A DNA stretch of 64,000 nucleotides, taken from contig NC_057750.1 of assembly GCF_004010195.1 (NCBI RefSeq), positions 17,075,009 through 17,139,008 on the forward strand. Reading direction: 5' to 3'. Both the position numbers and the translations under genes were made by a program. The stretch is from Chiloscyllium plagiosum (Eukaryota). The notes beneath the pieces are model-generated. The model did not search any database and was not told the origin of the DNA. It saw only the letters and a program-made list of their open reading frames with translations. Positions within the stretch are counted from its first letter, which is position 1, and each line of letters begins with the position of its first letter. Below are positions 53,601 to 62,312 of this stretch, piece after piece.

Positions 53601-56600
53601 GTCCTGCAACCTATTAAGGTCCCAAGAGATGGTTGCTAAGGGCTAATTAATATTGTAATCTTTCCATAGTTTTGAGTGAGTTATGGAGACATGATGGCAA
53701 GAGGGGCATTGTTCTGAGTAGGTTACAGTATTAACACCTATTCAGGGGTAGCGTTTGATCTAAACGCTGCTTGCAGTATGGGGCTTATAAGAATTGGAAG
53801 TTGTAAAGAAACTGTAATGAGCTGGAAGGCATGTTTAATTTAGTTAATCTTGTAAGAGTAAAATGTACTATTAAAAACATGGTTTTCTGAATGAGTGTAT
53901 GGAAATGCAGTATAGTAAACATAGAGTGCTTGTGAGTGACTTAGTAAAGAGTTATGAATGAATGAATGCAAACATGGTATATAGATATCCCCCGCTATCC
54001 AAAAGTAGAGTGTTCCTTTCATAAGCCAAAATGGCGTAAAGCAAAGAAGCATTAATTTATATGGGAAACATTTCACCTTCTTTCATAAAAGCGAAAATCT
54101 TCTTTGGATTTCTTTTGGTTAGCAACAACAGTACTGATGTAGGTCTTTCATAAAAGCAAACTGGCCTAAAGCAAACTTCTGAAAAGCAGGGGATACTTGC
54201 AGTAAACATAGAGCACTTCTGAGTGAGTTAGTAAAGAAAATCATAGTATAATTTCTCACAAAGGGAAACATCTATCTGTCAAGTCCTCCAAGGAACCAGT
54301 ATATTTCAATAAGGTAGTCTCTCATTGTTCTATATTCTAATAAAAACAGACCTAATCTACCCAATCTTTCCTAATAAGACACTCTCTCCATACCTACTAT
54401 CAGTCTAGTGAACTTTCTCTGGACTGCCTCCAAAATCAGTGTATCTTTTCTTAGGTAAAGGGTTCAAAACTGTCTGTAGTATTCCAATTGTGTCTAACTA
54501 ATGCCTTGTATAGTTTTAGCAATACTTCCTTACCTTTATACTCCATTCCCTTTGAAATAAAGGCCAATATTTAATTTGTTTTCCTAGTACCCGCTGAGCT
54601 TGGATGCTACTTTTGTGATTCACAGAAGGCGGTGCATATATGGAATAAGCTGCAAATGAAGTGGTGGTGGCAAGTACAATTACAATATTCAAAAGACATG
54701 TGAATGTACATGGATAGAAAAGATTTAGAGGGATACAGGCCAAATCTTCAGAACAGATCACTACACCTGAAATGTTAATTTCTAATTTCCCACGACAGAT
54801 GCTGCCAGACCGGCTGAGTTTTTCCAGCAATTTCTGATTTGGTTATGCAAATTCTGCGTGTCTAAATTGGATTATTAACTACTGGTAGAAATGGGTGGCC
54901 TCGTGGCTCAATGGTTGGTGCTGCTGCCTCACAGAGCCAGGGACCCAGGTTCAATTCCCACCTCGGGTGATTGTTTGTGTTGAGTTTGCACATTCTCTGC
55001 ATGGGTTTTCTGCGGATGTTCTGGTTTCCTCCCACAATCCAAAGATGTGCAGGTCAGGTCAATTGGCCATGCTAAATTGCCCCATAGTGTTAGCTGCATT
55101 AGTCAATGTAGGGGAATGGGTCTGGCTGAGTTACTCTTTGGAGGGTCGGTGTGGACTTGTTAGGCCAAATGGCCTGTTTCCACACTGTAGGGATTCTAAT
55201 CAAATGAAGTCTCACAACCCAGCTGCAGAAGATCAGTTTAATATCTTCTATACTTTTATTTAGTACACATATCATTTCTCACTTATTTAGATCACATGGG
55301 TCTAGTATTTTTACTAACATTACTAACTTTAAAGACAAAAGGACTAACACCTCTTAATTATGCAAGCTCAGACTGGATAGACGTTCTAATCCCATCAGGA
55401 GTAATAGCCAGCATTTAGCAAACGTTTAAACCATCTCCTGCTTCCCCCTATGTAACACCAGAGTGCTAAAATTTCAATCTATGTAAAAACTGTGTCTGAA
55501 AGAGGCTACTGTAATACTGTACTTTGGATTCCATCGCCACTTCGAGCTGTGCTACTGTGGACGCTCAATAAAGAGGCAATTTTCACCACTCACCAATCTC
55601 GGTTGTTATTGAACACGATCCCACACCCTTATGAGAGAGTCTACAACCAGCTGATTTAAGACTCAAATGAAGAGGAAATTTTCTGTCAGGGTTTAATGAA
55701 ACTGTGTAATTCTTTACTGCAGAGGGCTATTGAGGCTGGTGTTTAAGTCTGAGATAGATTTTTAATCAGTAAGGGAATAAAAGGTTCGGGAGAAAAGGCA
55801 GGAAAGTAGAGTTGAGGATTATCGGATCAGCCATGATCTCACTGACTGTTAAAGCAAAATGGCTTACTTCTGCTCCTATGACCTTATTAACGTTAAGGAC
55901 AAAAAAAAATGCCCCATCCACTACCTTACAATTCGCTCCCTCCACACTGATGCACAGTGGCAGCAAACTGTACCATCAACACATCAGGGCTGCTTCAAAA
56001 TCCATGTCCTCTACTCCATCACCTATAACATCACTCCGAGTCATACACCATTCTGATTTAGAGCTATATTGTTTTTCCTTCACTGTTGCTGGGTCAAAGT
56101 CCTGGAATTCCCTTCCTAAGAATGCTACGGGTGCACCTATAGCCCCCTGGTTAGCAACAGTTGAAGAAAAGACAGTTCATCCCCATCTTTTCAAGTGCAA
56201 TTAAGGATAGGTAATAAATGCCATCCTAACCAGCAATGTTTACATTCCATGAATGAATGCACAAGTTAATTACAAATTTCTTACCAGACAGAATGATCCT
56301 GGCCACAGTTGAGCAAATGTCAAACACTTCCATCGGCAACTTTGAAACAAAGATCACAAAATAAGGACCAATGTAGTTGAATTATGTTTAAAGATAAAAA
56401 ATATGGTCCTTTATTTTCCCATTGTCTCCCATTATAACCGTGGTTGTTGCCAGGTGAAACACCCTGAAAAATGATTAAGTACTATTACCATATTTAATAC
56501 AGTTTCCACTGTTCTATCCCTTGAATGCTACTTTCAACACCGTCTGTTACCCTTTATAGCAGGAAATCAGGAGAACTCTAGGACTTGGACTTATACTTTT

Positions 56601-59600
56601 GGTGTATCAGTTGTTAATATTGCATTGGGTTAACCTCCTAGTGGCCTAGAGGGTACATAAATTGCCCATCTGGTACTAACCCACACAAACATTGATGCTA
56701 CAATCATCAGTGCAGGCTTGGTTAACCAATCTTAATAACTTAGGTGCTATAATTGTTCTTAGAACCTCATAAACAGGAAGGGGTAAGAAAAAACACAGCA
56801 GAGATAGCTCTCTCAATGGGTTTGCATTGGAATGTGAAGATATATGTTTGCTCAGTGAAAGCAGAATCAGGCTAATTGTGGTACAGCATTTTAAATAAGC
56901 CACCAGACTTGTGGTTTTATACTTAATGTATATTGGGATAAGCAGGAAAATGGAGTTAAGCTATGATCTTATCTGGTGAGAAGGCTTGAGGGGCTGCATG
57001 ATGTATTCCTGTATGTATTTTCCATCTTCTTCATATTCACCAACAAAGTTTATGTTTGAAGTGGAGTGGACTGGATGGTTACCCCAATATGGCCAGCGTC
57101 TTCTCAAGGGGAGAGAAGAGATTTAAAGGAAATAAAAAAACAAAACGTACATAGCAAATGGTATACTAACCCAGTAACGCACACACAGGAAGGGAAATTA
57201 CCTTGGTTCTCAATTCCATTTGCTCAAGGACAACTCAATAGTTGTCAGTCAGATCATTGACCTTTTGACTTCCTACCTTCCATTCAGCTCGAGTCAAGTG
57301 AGCCGATATTTTCTAGAGTTTAGATGAATAAGAGAAAATAAAAACCACAGCAAAGTTGATGTAGATGCTGAGAGGCTGTTTCCCTCACTGGGGAATATAT
57401 TTATTCACTCCCTGCAAAATAATCAAAAAGTGAAGGATGGCCTTTAACAGAATGCTGTAGAAACTCAGCAGGTTTGGTAGTATCTCTGGAGAGAGAAAGA
57501 GTTGAAGTTTCGAGCCTGGTGTGACTGTTTAGCAGCAGAAGAGTCATGCTAGACTGAAAAAATATCTGTTTCTCTGTTACTGATGCTGCCAGACCTCCTG
57601 AATTTCTCTTGCATTCTCTGTGTATGTTTCAGATTTCCAGCATCCAGTAATTTGCTTTTATAAGGATGGTCTTTACTTGGTTTGCTGTTTGTGAAAGTTC
57701 TTCAATGTGATTGGCAACTTCATCTGCTTGATGACATCACTGCTAGTGCATGCCCTTTTGTGAGCACCAGAATTGACTTAAATTTGGGAAAGGTGAAATC
57801 CATACTGCGCAGTACATACCTCGTTGTGAGTCATGATTCGGAGATGCTGGTGTTGGACTGGGGTGGACAAAGTTAAAAATCACACAACACCAGGTCATAG
57901 CTGAATGGAAGGAAAGCACTGCTTCTTCATTAGATGGTTGTGAAGCAGGACCATAAGACACAGAATTTATAGCAAAAGAATTACAGTGATAATAGTCCAA
58001 CAGGTTTATTTGGAAGCACTAGCTTTCAAAGCACTGCTTCTTCATTAGATGGTTGTGAAGCAGGACCATAAGACACAGAATTTATAGCAAAAGAATTACA
58101 GTGATACAATAATACATTAAACAAACCTAGTTACATCTTTCATCTTTTAGAATGGGTTTGCTGTTTTGGTTCTTTAATATGTAAATCCCAGAATTTCTTT
58201 TAAGTCACATTGTCAAGGTAACTTAAGGTCTTATAACAAAAGGTGACATCTCGGCTCAGACAATGCCTTAAAGGTGTGAGTTTAGAGTCTGTCTGTATCC
58301 CAATCTTGAATCAGATTGGTTATATTTCCAAAGTAGAATTTACAAATTATTACAAAAGATGCAGGTTCTGCATTTTTTAGCAAAATAGAATGTATCTGCA
58401 AATATAATTCTGCAAATACAAATTCACACCATAAACTTATGCGTGTGTGCGTGCAGAGAGAGCGACAGTGAGTGTGTGCATGTGAGTCTGTGTGTCGGAG
58501 CATGAGTGCACGTGAGAGAGTGCGTATTTGCATGTATGCAAGCTTGGTAAAGTGCGTGTGTGAGTGTGATGGGGTATAAGCCTGTGAGAGGGTGTGTGCA
58601 TGGGTGTGATTGTGGAGTGTGTATGTGCATGCGTGTGAGAGAGAACTTGTGTATGAGAGAGGGTCTGCATGAGTGTGTGAGTATGTAAGAGTGTGTGTGT
58701 ATGGATGTAAGTTTGTTTGCTGAGCTGGTAGCTTCGTTTTCAGATGTTTTGTCACCGTACTAGGTAACGTCATCAGTGAGCCTCCGTTCTTTTTCGCAGT
58801 GGATGATAAATGGGATCCAAGTCAATGTGTTTGTTGATGAAGTTCCGGTTGGAATACCATGCTTCTAGGAATTCTCGTGCGTGTCTCTGGCTTGTCCTAG
58901 GATGGATGTGTTGGCTTGGATTAAATCCCATTTACCACCCCCTGAGAAAAAGAACAGGAAATGACATCACCATAGGAAATGATATCACCACAGGAAATGA
59001 CATCACCAACCCAAGGAAACCTAAATATATAAATGGTAAGCGGGCTACACCACCAGTGCTTCATTCGGAGGCTCAGTGAAGATGTTACCTAGTATGATGA
59101 CGAAATGTCTAAAAACAAACTGTCCAGTTCGGCGAGCAAACCTACATCCAAAACCCCAACCTAAGCTACAAATCTTTCAAAACTCACGTGTGTGTGTGTG
59201 GTGATGGGGGTCACCTGTACTGAGACATGAACCCAAGGTTCCAGTTGAGGCCATCCTCATAGTTACTAAACTTGGCTATCAGCATCTGCTCAGCCAATTT
59301 GCATTGTTGTCTGTCCCGACTGAAACACTACCTGGTGATTGTTGTGTGGTGTCCATTCATCCAGTGTCGTAGCATCTGCTCGGTCTCGCCAATGTACCAT
59401 ACCTTGCGGCATCCTTGCCTGCAGAATATGAGATAGACAATGTTGGCCGGGTCACATGAGTACCTGCACTTGGTAGCCGGTGTCCCCACATGTAATGATG
59501 GTATCCGTGTTGACACTCTGATACGTCTTGCAGTGGTAGCCATGACAGGGTTGTACAGTGTTGTGGTGGATGTCCTGAAAGCTGGGCAGTTTACTGTGAA

Positions 59601-61046
59601 CAATGATCTGTTTAAGGGATGGTGGTTGTTAAAAGGAAGAAGTGGAGGCATAGGGAAGGTCTTGGCTAGGTGCTCATCCTCAGCGATAATGAGTTGCAGG
59701 CTGTGAAGATCATGGCGTAGTTTTTCGGCTCCCGGGAAGTACTGGACAATGAAGGGTACTCTATCAGTTGCCACCACGCAAAGTGGCCAAGCAGAGGCTG
59801 ATAGCCAAGTTCGGTACTCATAAGGATGGCCTCAACCAGGACCTTGAGTTCATGTCATACCATAAGTGACCCCACTGCACTGTACACTATCTCTCTCACA
59901 CACACTCACACACAAGCACACATACACACACCCTCTTACAAACTAACACACTCACGCAGACTCTCTCATAGGCATGCACATACACTCCCCACACTCACAC
60001 ACCTCTCACAGGCTTATACCCCATCACACTCATGCACACACTTTATCAAGCTTGCAAAGATGCACTCTCTCACATGCACTCACACGAACATACTCACATG
60101 CACACACTCACTGTCTCTCTCTCTCCCCATCATGTGCACACACGTATAAGTTTATAGGGTGAATTTGTATTTGCAAAATTATATTTGCAGATACATTCTA
60201 TTTTGCTCAAAAAATGCAGAACCTACATGTTTTTGTAATATTTTGTAAATTTCTCTTTGGAAATAGAACCAGTCTGACTCAAGATTCGGATACAGACAGA
60301 CTCTAAACTCACACCTCTTAGTCATTGTCTGAGCTGAGATGTCACATTTTGTTATAAAACTGGGTTCTTGAGAATGTGACTTAAAAGAAGTTCTTGGATT
60401 TACATGTGAAAGAACAAAACCGCAAACCTATTTTAAAAGATGAAAGATGTAACTGTTTAGGTTTCTTCAATGTTTCATTGTATCACTGTAATATTTTGCT
60501 ATAAATTCTGTGTCTTATGGTCCTGCTTCACATCCACCTGATGAAGAAGCAGTGCTTCAAAAGCTAGTGCTTCCAAATAAACCTGTTGGACTATAACCTG
60601 GTATTGTGTGATTTTTCTCTTTGTGAGTAGCTTTCTTCAAGGTCACACGTGGCAAACGCTATCACTTCTCCACTTACTGCAGGATCTAGCTGTTGATTTT
60701 ATGCAGTGAATACGCTAAATGATTAATCCTTTGAATACTTGGCATGTCCTTGTTTGTGTGCTGAAAAAGATCTCTCAGTGAAATTCAAAGAAACCACACG
60801 CACAATTATAGCATAGAGGGAAAGCCTACAATGACAGTGGAATGAACTCTATTAAACATTGTACCATAATGGAAATGAGAAACAGGAACAGAAAATGCAG
60901 TAATATTTTTAGGTACTAGCTTTATTGTAGCAGATGCAGCAGATTACAATATACAAAACCTACCTGTCTTTCATATCAGCTTGTGCTGCAGTCATGGCTG
61001 TGAGACCATAAACAACAGCTAAACATATTCCAATGTACAAGGCCAT
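11475..61046 (-). CDS. rnaset2l: Ribonuclease T2 family gene (RNase T2-like), 9 coding exons: join(complement 61046-60964, 56339-56285, 50414-50350, 47218-47161, 40683-40619, 35842-35729, 26003-25955, 19371-19303, 11642-11475); 726 nt, 241 aa
   Basis: Manual splice gives MALYIGICLAVVYGLTAMTAAQADMKDSCRWKCLTFAQLWPGSFCLTFSKHKCMIPDQVDGWTIHGLWPNGKESCNRTWKLAQKDIGDLWTDMRKYWPSLINEDPFKFWQREWTKHGTCGTCAKNMSCPHKYFSLALELRTKVSIDEYFSAAGIKPSCHNGYTYGRFHTALSYLGPYVNLQCCKDKKRQVLVQIKIHFSKDLSIGCKTFEENVIYSYYKPCTKKSEIYLYPFTDHPHNPCS*. It has a signal-peptide-like N-terminus, CAS I (WTIHGLWP) and CAS II (EWTKHGTC). All introns are GT-AG with compatible phases, and the nine-exon layout matches vertebrate RNASET2. The family call is firm. 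Assignment to the rnaset2l paralog rather than rnaset2 is inferred from the extra cysteines and loss of the first CAS II His. Confidence 0.93.
12298..12634 (+). mobile_element. HE1/V-SINE
   Basis: Full-length tRNA head, core and tail ending GGGATTCTATGATTC. Confidence 0.88.
12948..13169. mobile_element. Penelope-type inverted terminal-repeat insertion (185-bp palindrome) with 14-bp TSD
   Basis: 12948-13132 is palindromic about 13040; GACCAGCTATAGGT at 12936-12949 and 13170-13183. Confidence 0.8.
13038..13075 (+). ncRNA. Minimal type I hammerhead ribozyme motif (Penelope-associated)
   Basis: GATTC-CTGAAGA-aGGGC ctgt GCCC-GAAA-cGTC-GAATC: stem I GATTC/GAATC, CUGANGA and GAAA cores, GUC cleavage triplet. 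Activity untested. Confidence 0.7.
13190..13862 (-). mobile_element. CR1 LINE fragment (interrupted, locally duplicated)
   Basis: VMHF.RSN.GR.YT.NG..LGS..E..DLGVQIHRSL.V..Q...KAYG and CR1 3' motifs. Confidence 0.75.
14110..14440 (-). mobile_element. DeuSINE-like (SacSINE1/AmnSINE-type) element, degenerate
   Basis: Reverse complement resembles GTAAAA.ATCCCA..GCACTATTT.GAAGAAG; a plus-strand relative lies at about 46440-46880. Confidence 0.5.
14447..14712 (-). mobile_element. HE1/V-SINE, 5'-truncated
   Basis: Reverse-complement core and tail. Confidence 0.8.
15029..15430 (+). mobile_element. CR1 LINE 3' fragment
   Basis: YKTLVRP..CVQFWSP...LERMQRRFTK motifs; runs into the gap. Confidence 0.78.
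15431..15930. other. Assembly gap (500 N)
   Basis: Run of N; a round number, so probably a placeholder size. Confidence 1.
16990..19160 (-). mobile_element. PIF/Harbinger element remnant carrying a Myb/SANT-like gene fossil (18474-18695)
   Basis: Minus strand GKMAP*FF...DLAVLV...EAWSE.ITHVNAISTV*RNDQ*CCK followed by CAGG|gtaagt resembles the trihelix/Myb partner of Harbinger; possible TIR AAGATCCAGCCC near 19150. Boundaries approximate. Confidence 0.55.
18800..18958 (+). mobile_element. HE1/V-SINE 3' half
   Basis: GTCCAAAGATGTGCAGGTTAG...(AATCT)n tail. Confidence 0.78.
19303..19371 (-). CDS. rnaset2l: RNase T2-like exon 8
   Basis: tctttttctcaactcatag| YGRFHTALSYLGPYVNLQCCKDK |gtaagt; phase 0/0; conserved QC. 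Confidence 0.88.
20215..21430 (+). mobile_element. CR1 LINE RT fragment, old
   Basis: DFSKAFDKVPH.KL, WQVEFNSDKC and the 3' tail. Confidence 0.82.
25955..26003 (-). CDS. rnaset2l: RNase T2-like exon 7
   Basis: ctcttatttttcag| (E)YFSAAGIKPSCHNGYT |gtaaga; conserved GI.PS motif. Confidence 0.93.
26960..29224 (-). mobile_element. Gypsy LTR retrotransposon internal region (gag-pol fossil)
   Basis: gag PGEPVTEFLTKLKKLAEHCE....EMLRD.L.CGIN; RT LPFGVS...IFQ..ME...VAVYVDDVIISG; ELQSFLGLINYYGKF; RNase H-like remnant; PBS-like TGGCAACAGGAG at 29224-29213. Confidence 0.85.
29750..30717 (+). mobile_element. Probable solo LTR (ERV/Gypsy-like)
   Basis: TGTAA...GAACA termini, CCAAT boxes, GGGTATAAAA TATA box at about 30067; no clean TSD found. 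Confidence 0.4.
30906..31648 (+). mobile_element. Penelope-like element (Poseidon-type), internally deleted, with an inverted terminal copy and 13-bp TSD
   Basis: SNHPNTHKRSCIKTLFKRA.THCS......EE.HLY.VF.KNGYP is typical of the PLE RT C-terminus; AATTACAGTGACT at 30893-30905 and 31649-31661; hammerhead core CTGAGGA...GAAAcGTC at 31538-31571. Confidence 0.85.
32255..32580 (+). mobile_element. tRNA-derived SINE with LINE-like tail
   Basis: GGTTCAAATCC B box; 3' end GGGCAATAAATGCTGGCC shared with the L2/CR1-like LINE at 38840; a minus-strand relative lies at about 21790-22300. Confidence 0.6.
33030..34850 (+). mobile_element. CR1 LINE 5' region: ORF1 (zinc finger + SGNH esterase) and ORF2 endonuclease fossil
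   Basis: C...MWE.........YICSKC; GDSIVRGID...LCCLPGA.V.DI...VVVHV.TN; YRPP, MGD, G.GD.CMIEF. Confidence 0.8.
35729..35842 (-). CDS. rnaset2l: RNase T2-like exon 6 (CAS II)
   Basis: ttccctatatttcag| (W)QREWTKHGTCGTCAKNMSCPHKYFSLALELRTKVSID(E) |gtgagt; 114 nt. Confidence 0.96.
36182..36490 (+). mobile_element. HE1/V-SINE
   Basis: Full-length, with (AATCT)n tail. Confidence 0.88.
37480..38898 (+). mobile_element. L2/CR1-like LINE, internally deleted
   Basis: GDFNV APE remnant, DLILT, IGKSDH, LGLIIFSCFINDL; poly(A)-like end. Confidence 0.78.
38920..39440 (-). mobile_element. PIF/Harbinger transposase fossil
   Basis: Minus strand YRK.I.FL.M.EQQCLSRLRVS ... GFAVLGGFPQVQGIIDHT.VA ... NQKGFDSTNV ... 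VCTRFMENCHDAFF matches Harbinger DDE motifs (G.IDC/GTH, NRKG.HS.NVQ, PGS.HD); frameshifted. Confidence 0.8.
40619..40683 (-). CDS. rnaset2l: RNase T2-like exon 5
   Basis: ttactctatttcag| DLWTDMRKYWPSLINEDPFKF(W) |gtaagt; matches the DL..M..YWP motif. Confidence 0.95.
41020..41780 (-). mobile_element. L1/Tx1-like LINE 3' end with a nested Penelope-derived insertion (41521-41700)
   Basis: Minus strand ...MLTDTLKLGAT.....RKITI* followed by an AT-rich 3'UTR and AATAAA. Confidence 0.5.
41790..42068 (+). mobile_element. CR1 LINE fragments (fused)
   Basis: PGNYRPVSLT, SQHGF..GKSCLTNLIEFF joined to the CR1 3' tail. Confidence 0.8.
42394..42706 (-). mobile_element. HE1/V-SINE, young (CpG-rich)
   Basis: Full-length on the reverse strand, CpGs retained, (TTAGA)n tail. 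Confidence 0.9.
43310..43502. mobile_element. Penelope-type inverted terminal-repeat insertion
   Basis: Head-to-head copies around 43422. Confidence 0.7.
43546..44884 (+). mobile_element. Solo Gypsy-type LTR (about 226 bp when reconstructed) split at its TATA box by an insertion array
   Basis: TGTAGTGATT at 43546, CCAAT, TATAAACAGGGGATTTC; resumes at 44751 with AATAAA and ends GTTATTTCA at 44884. Confidence 0.82.
43655..44750 (+). mobile_element. Array of five 5'-truncated, poly(A)-tailed copies of a non-LTR retroelement 3' end (Tx1-like), separated by target copies
   Basis: Units start at about 43655, 43987, 44223, 44380 and 44709; each ends in an A-rich tail followed by an exact or degenerate TATAAACAGG(G/A)G target copy. 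Confidence 0.8.
44895..45700 (-). mobile_element. HE1/V-SINE interrupted by a CR1 3' fragment (about 45155-45610)
   Basis: SINE halves flank RRFTRMLPGME..SYEERL..L.LF.LERRLRG and a CR1 tail. Confidence 0.8.
47161..47218 (-). CDS. rnaset2l: RNase T2-like exon 4
   Basis: ttttatttaattccag| (W)PNGKESCNRTWKLAQKDIG |gtaagg; 58 nt; CNRTW with an N-glycosylation sequon. Confidence 0.93.
47760..48250 (+). mobile_element. Ty1/copia-like pol fossil (protease C-terminus then integrase N-terminus)
   Basis: FISTDVV.SEI.L.L.KPS.K.AQMKLDVEND followed by ILLKLHRQ..... and PIVNL.LAKDFN; protease-integrase order as in copia; many stops. Confidence 0.55.
48480..49440 (+). mobile_element. CR1 LINE 3' fragment with internal tandem duplication and double tail
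   Basis: LYRTLVRPLLEYC.QFW; the segment at about 48775-48985 is repeated at about 48990-49200. Confidence 0.88.
50350..50414 (-). CDS. rnaset2l: RNase T2-like exon 3 (CAS I)
   Basis: ttttcattcttttag| TFSKHKCMIPDQVDGWTIHGL(W) |gtaatt; carries the catalytic His of CAS I. Confidence 0.95.
51365..51645 (-). mobile_element. HE1/V-SINE
   Basis: Reverse-strand head, core and tail. Confidence 0.85.
52460..52557 (-). mobile_element. 3' part of the same LTR family as 43546-44884 (truncated)
   Basis: Reverse complement matches 44787-44884 (GGACTGACTCCAAGCTGG...AATAAAGGG...GTTATTTCA). Confidence 0.75.
53150..53530 (+). mobile_element. CR1 LINE 3' fragment
   Basis: Same 3' end as 1-1033. Confidence 0.85.
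53982..54199. mobile_element. Tc1/mariner-pogo-type MITE
   Basis: Imperfect TIRs (t)AGATATCCCCCGCT... / ...AGCAGGGGATACTTG, with TA on the left flank. Confidence 0.6.
54890..55200 (+). mobile_element. HE1/V-SINE
   Basis: Head, core and GGGATTCTAAT tail. Confidence 0.82.
56285..56339 (-). CDS. rnaset2l: RNase T2-like exon 2
   Basis: tttgtttcaaag| (S)CRWKCLTFAQLWPGSFCL |gtaaga; contains the conserved WP..FC motif of T2 RNases. Confidence 0.92.
57836..60616. mobile_element. Penelope-like element with GIY-YIG endonuclease remnant and long inverted arms; nested second PLE at about 58705-59185
   Basis: ORF 59328-59777(-) RVPFIVQYFPG...YSCD.ANIVYLI.C..GC....YIGET...LR..MNGH (GIY-YIG); arms at about 58000-58700 and 59920-60616 are reverse complements with (CA)-rich tracts. 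Confidence 0.85.
60964..61046 (-). CDS. rnaset2l: RNase T2-like coding exon 1 (signal peptide); whole exon 60964-61070
   Basis: Acceptor ttattctgtcttttgatag|GAG at 61070; ATG at 61046 (ctaATGg); encodes MALYIGICLAVVYGLTAMTAAQADMKD; donor CAG|gtaggt, phase 2. Confidence 0.85.
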
Positions 61047-61389
61047 TAGCAAAGTGCCGTCACAGTTCTCCTATCAAAAGACAGAATAAACAATGAATTA
61101 TATTGTTGGGAATCTTTCTAAAGGTGTTGTGCCAAATCTTGCTGAGAAAAAATCCCCTATTTATGGTGCAGATTACTATTAATGCACAAATCAGCTAGCA
61201 AATTCAGGGTTCAAAGATGCACTGTAAATTTCAAATCTGATGATTAATTTATTTTGCTCTACTCTGTGCTTCGTACAAACAACATCTCAATTTTAGACTT
61301 TTAATCCACTCTTTCTTTTCTTTCTATTTCTCTTTGGAAGGAGTTAAACTGTAATTCACATTACTGTTTCAGCACCCCGCTAAAGTTTA

Positions 61390-62312
61390 GGCAATATAGT
61401 TACTAAGTTTGCAGATGACACCAAAATTAGTGGTATAGTGGATAGCGAAGAAGGTTACATCAGAGTACAATGGGATCTTGATCAGATGGACCAATGGGCC
61501 AAGGGGTGGCAGATGGTGTTTAATTTAGATAAATGTGAGGCACAGCATTTTGGATAGGCAAATCAGAGCAGGACTTGTACACTTAATGGTGAGGTCTTGA
61601 GGAATGTTGCTGAACATAGAGACTTTGGAGTGCAGGTTCATAGTTTCTTGAAAGTGGAGTCAAGGATAGATAGGATAGTGAAGAAGACATTTGATATGCT
61701 TTCCTCTATTGGTTTGAGCATTGAATTTCGGAGTTGGGAGGTCAAGTTGCAACTGTATAGGACATTGGTTCGGCCACTTTTGGAATATTGTGTGCAATTC
61801 TGGTCTCCCTATTATCAGAAGGATGTTGTGAAACTTGAAAGGTTCAGAAAAGATTTACAAGGATGTTGCCAGAGTTGGAGCTGTAGGGAGAGGCTGAATA
61901 GAGCAGGGCTATTTTCCCTGGAATGTTGGAGGCTGAGGGGTGACCTTATAGAGGTTTATAAAATCATGAGTGCCATGCATAATGTAAATTGACAAAATCT
62001 TTTCCCTGGGGTGGGGTAGTCCAGAACTAGAAGGCATTGGTTTAAAGTGAGAGGTGAAAGTTTTTAAAAGGACCTAAGGAGCAACTTTTTCACGATAGGG
62101 TGGTGCGTGTATGGAATGAGCTGCCAGAGGAAGTGGTGAAGACATGTACAATTACAGCATTTAAAAGACATTTGGATGGATATATAAATAGGAAGGTTTG
62201 GAGGGATACGGGCCAAATGCTGGCAAATGGGACTAGATTGGTTTCAGTTATCTGGTGGACACAGATGAGTTGGTCCGAAGGGTCTGTTTCCATGTTGTAC
62301 CTCTCTATGACT
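61390..62312 (+). mobile_element. CR1 LINE 3' fragment
   Basis: [40 protein letters not shown] and the CTCTATGA tail. Confidence 0.9.

Noticed and set aside
1730..55200. tRNA genes at the GGTGGCTCAGTGGTTAGCA motifs
   Set aside because: These are tRNA-derived SINE heads that continue into SINE core and tail.
58282..60162. His/Thr-rich ORFs
   Set aside because: Translations of (CA)n-rich tracts in the Penelope arms.
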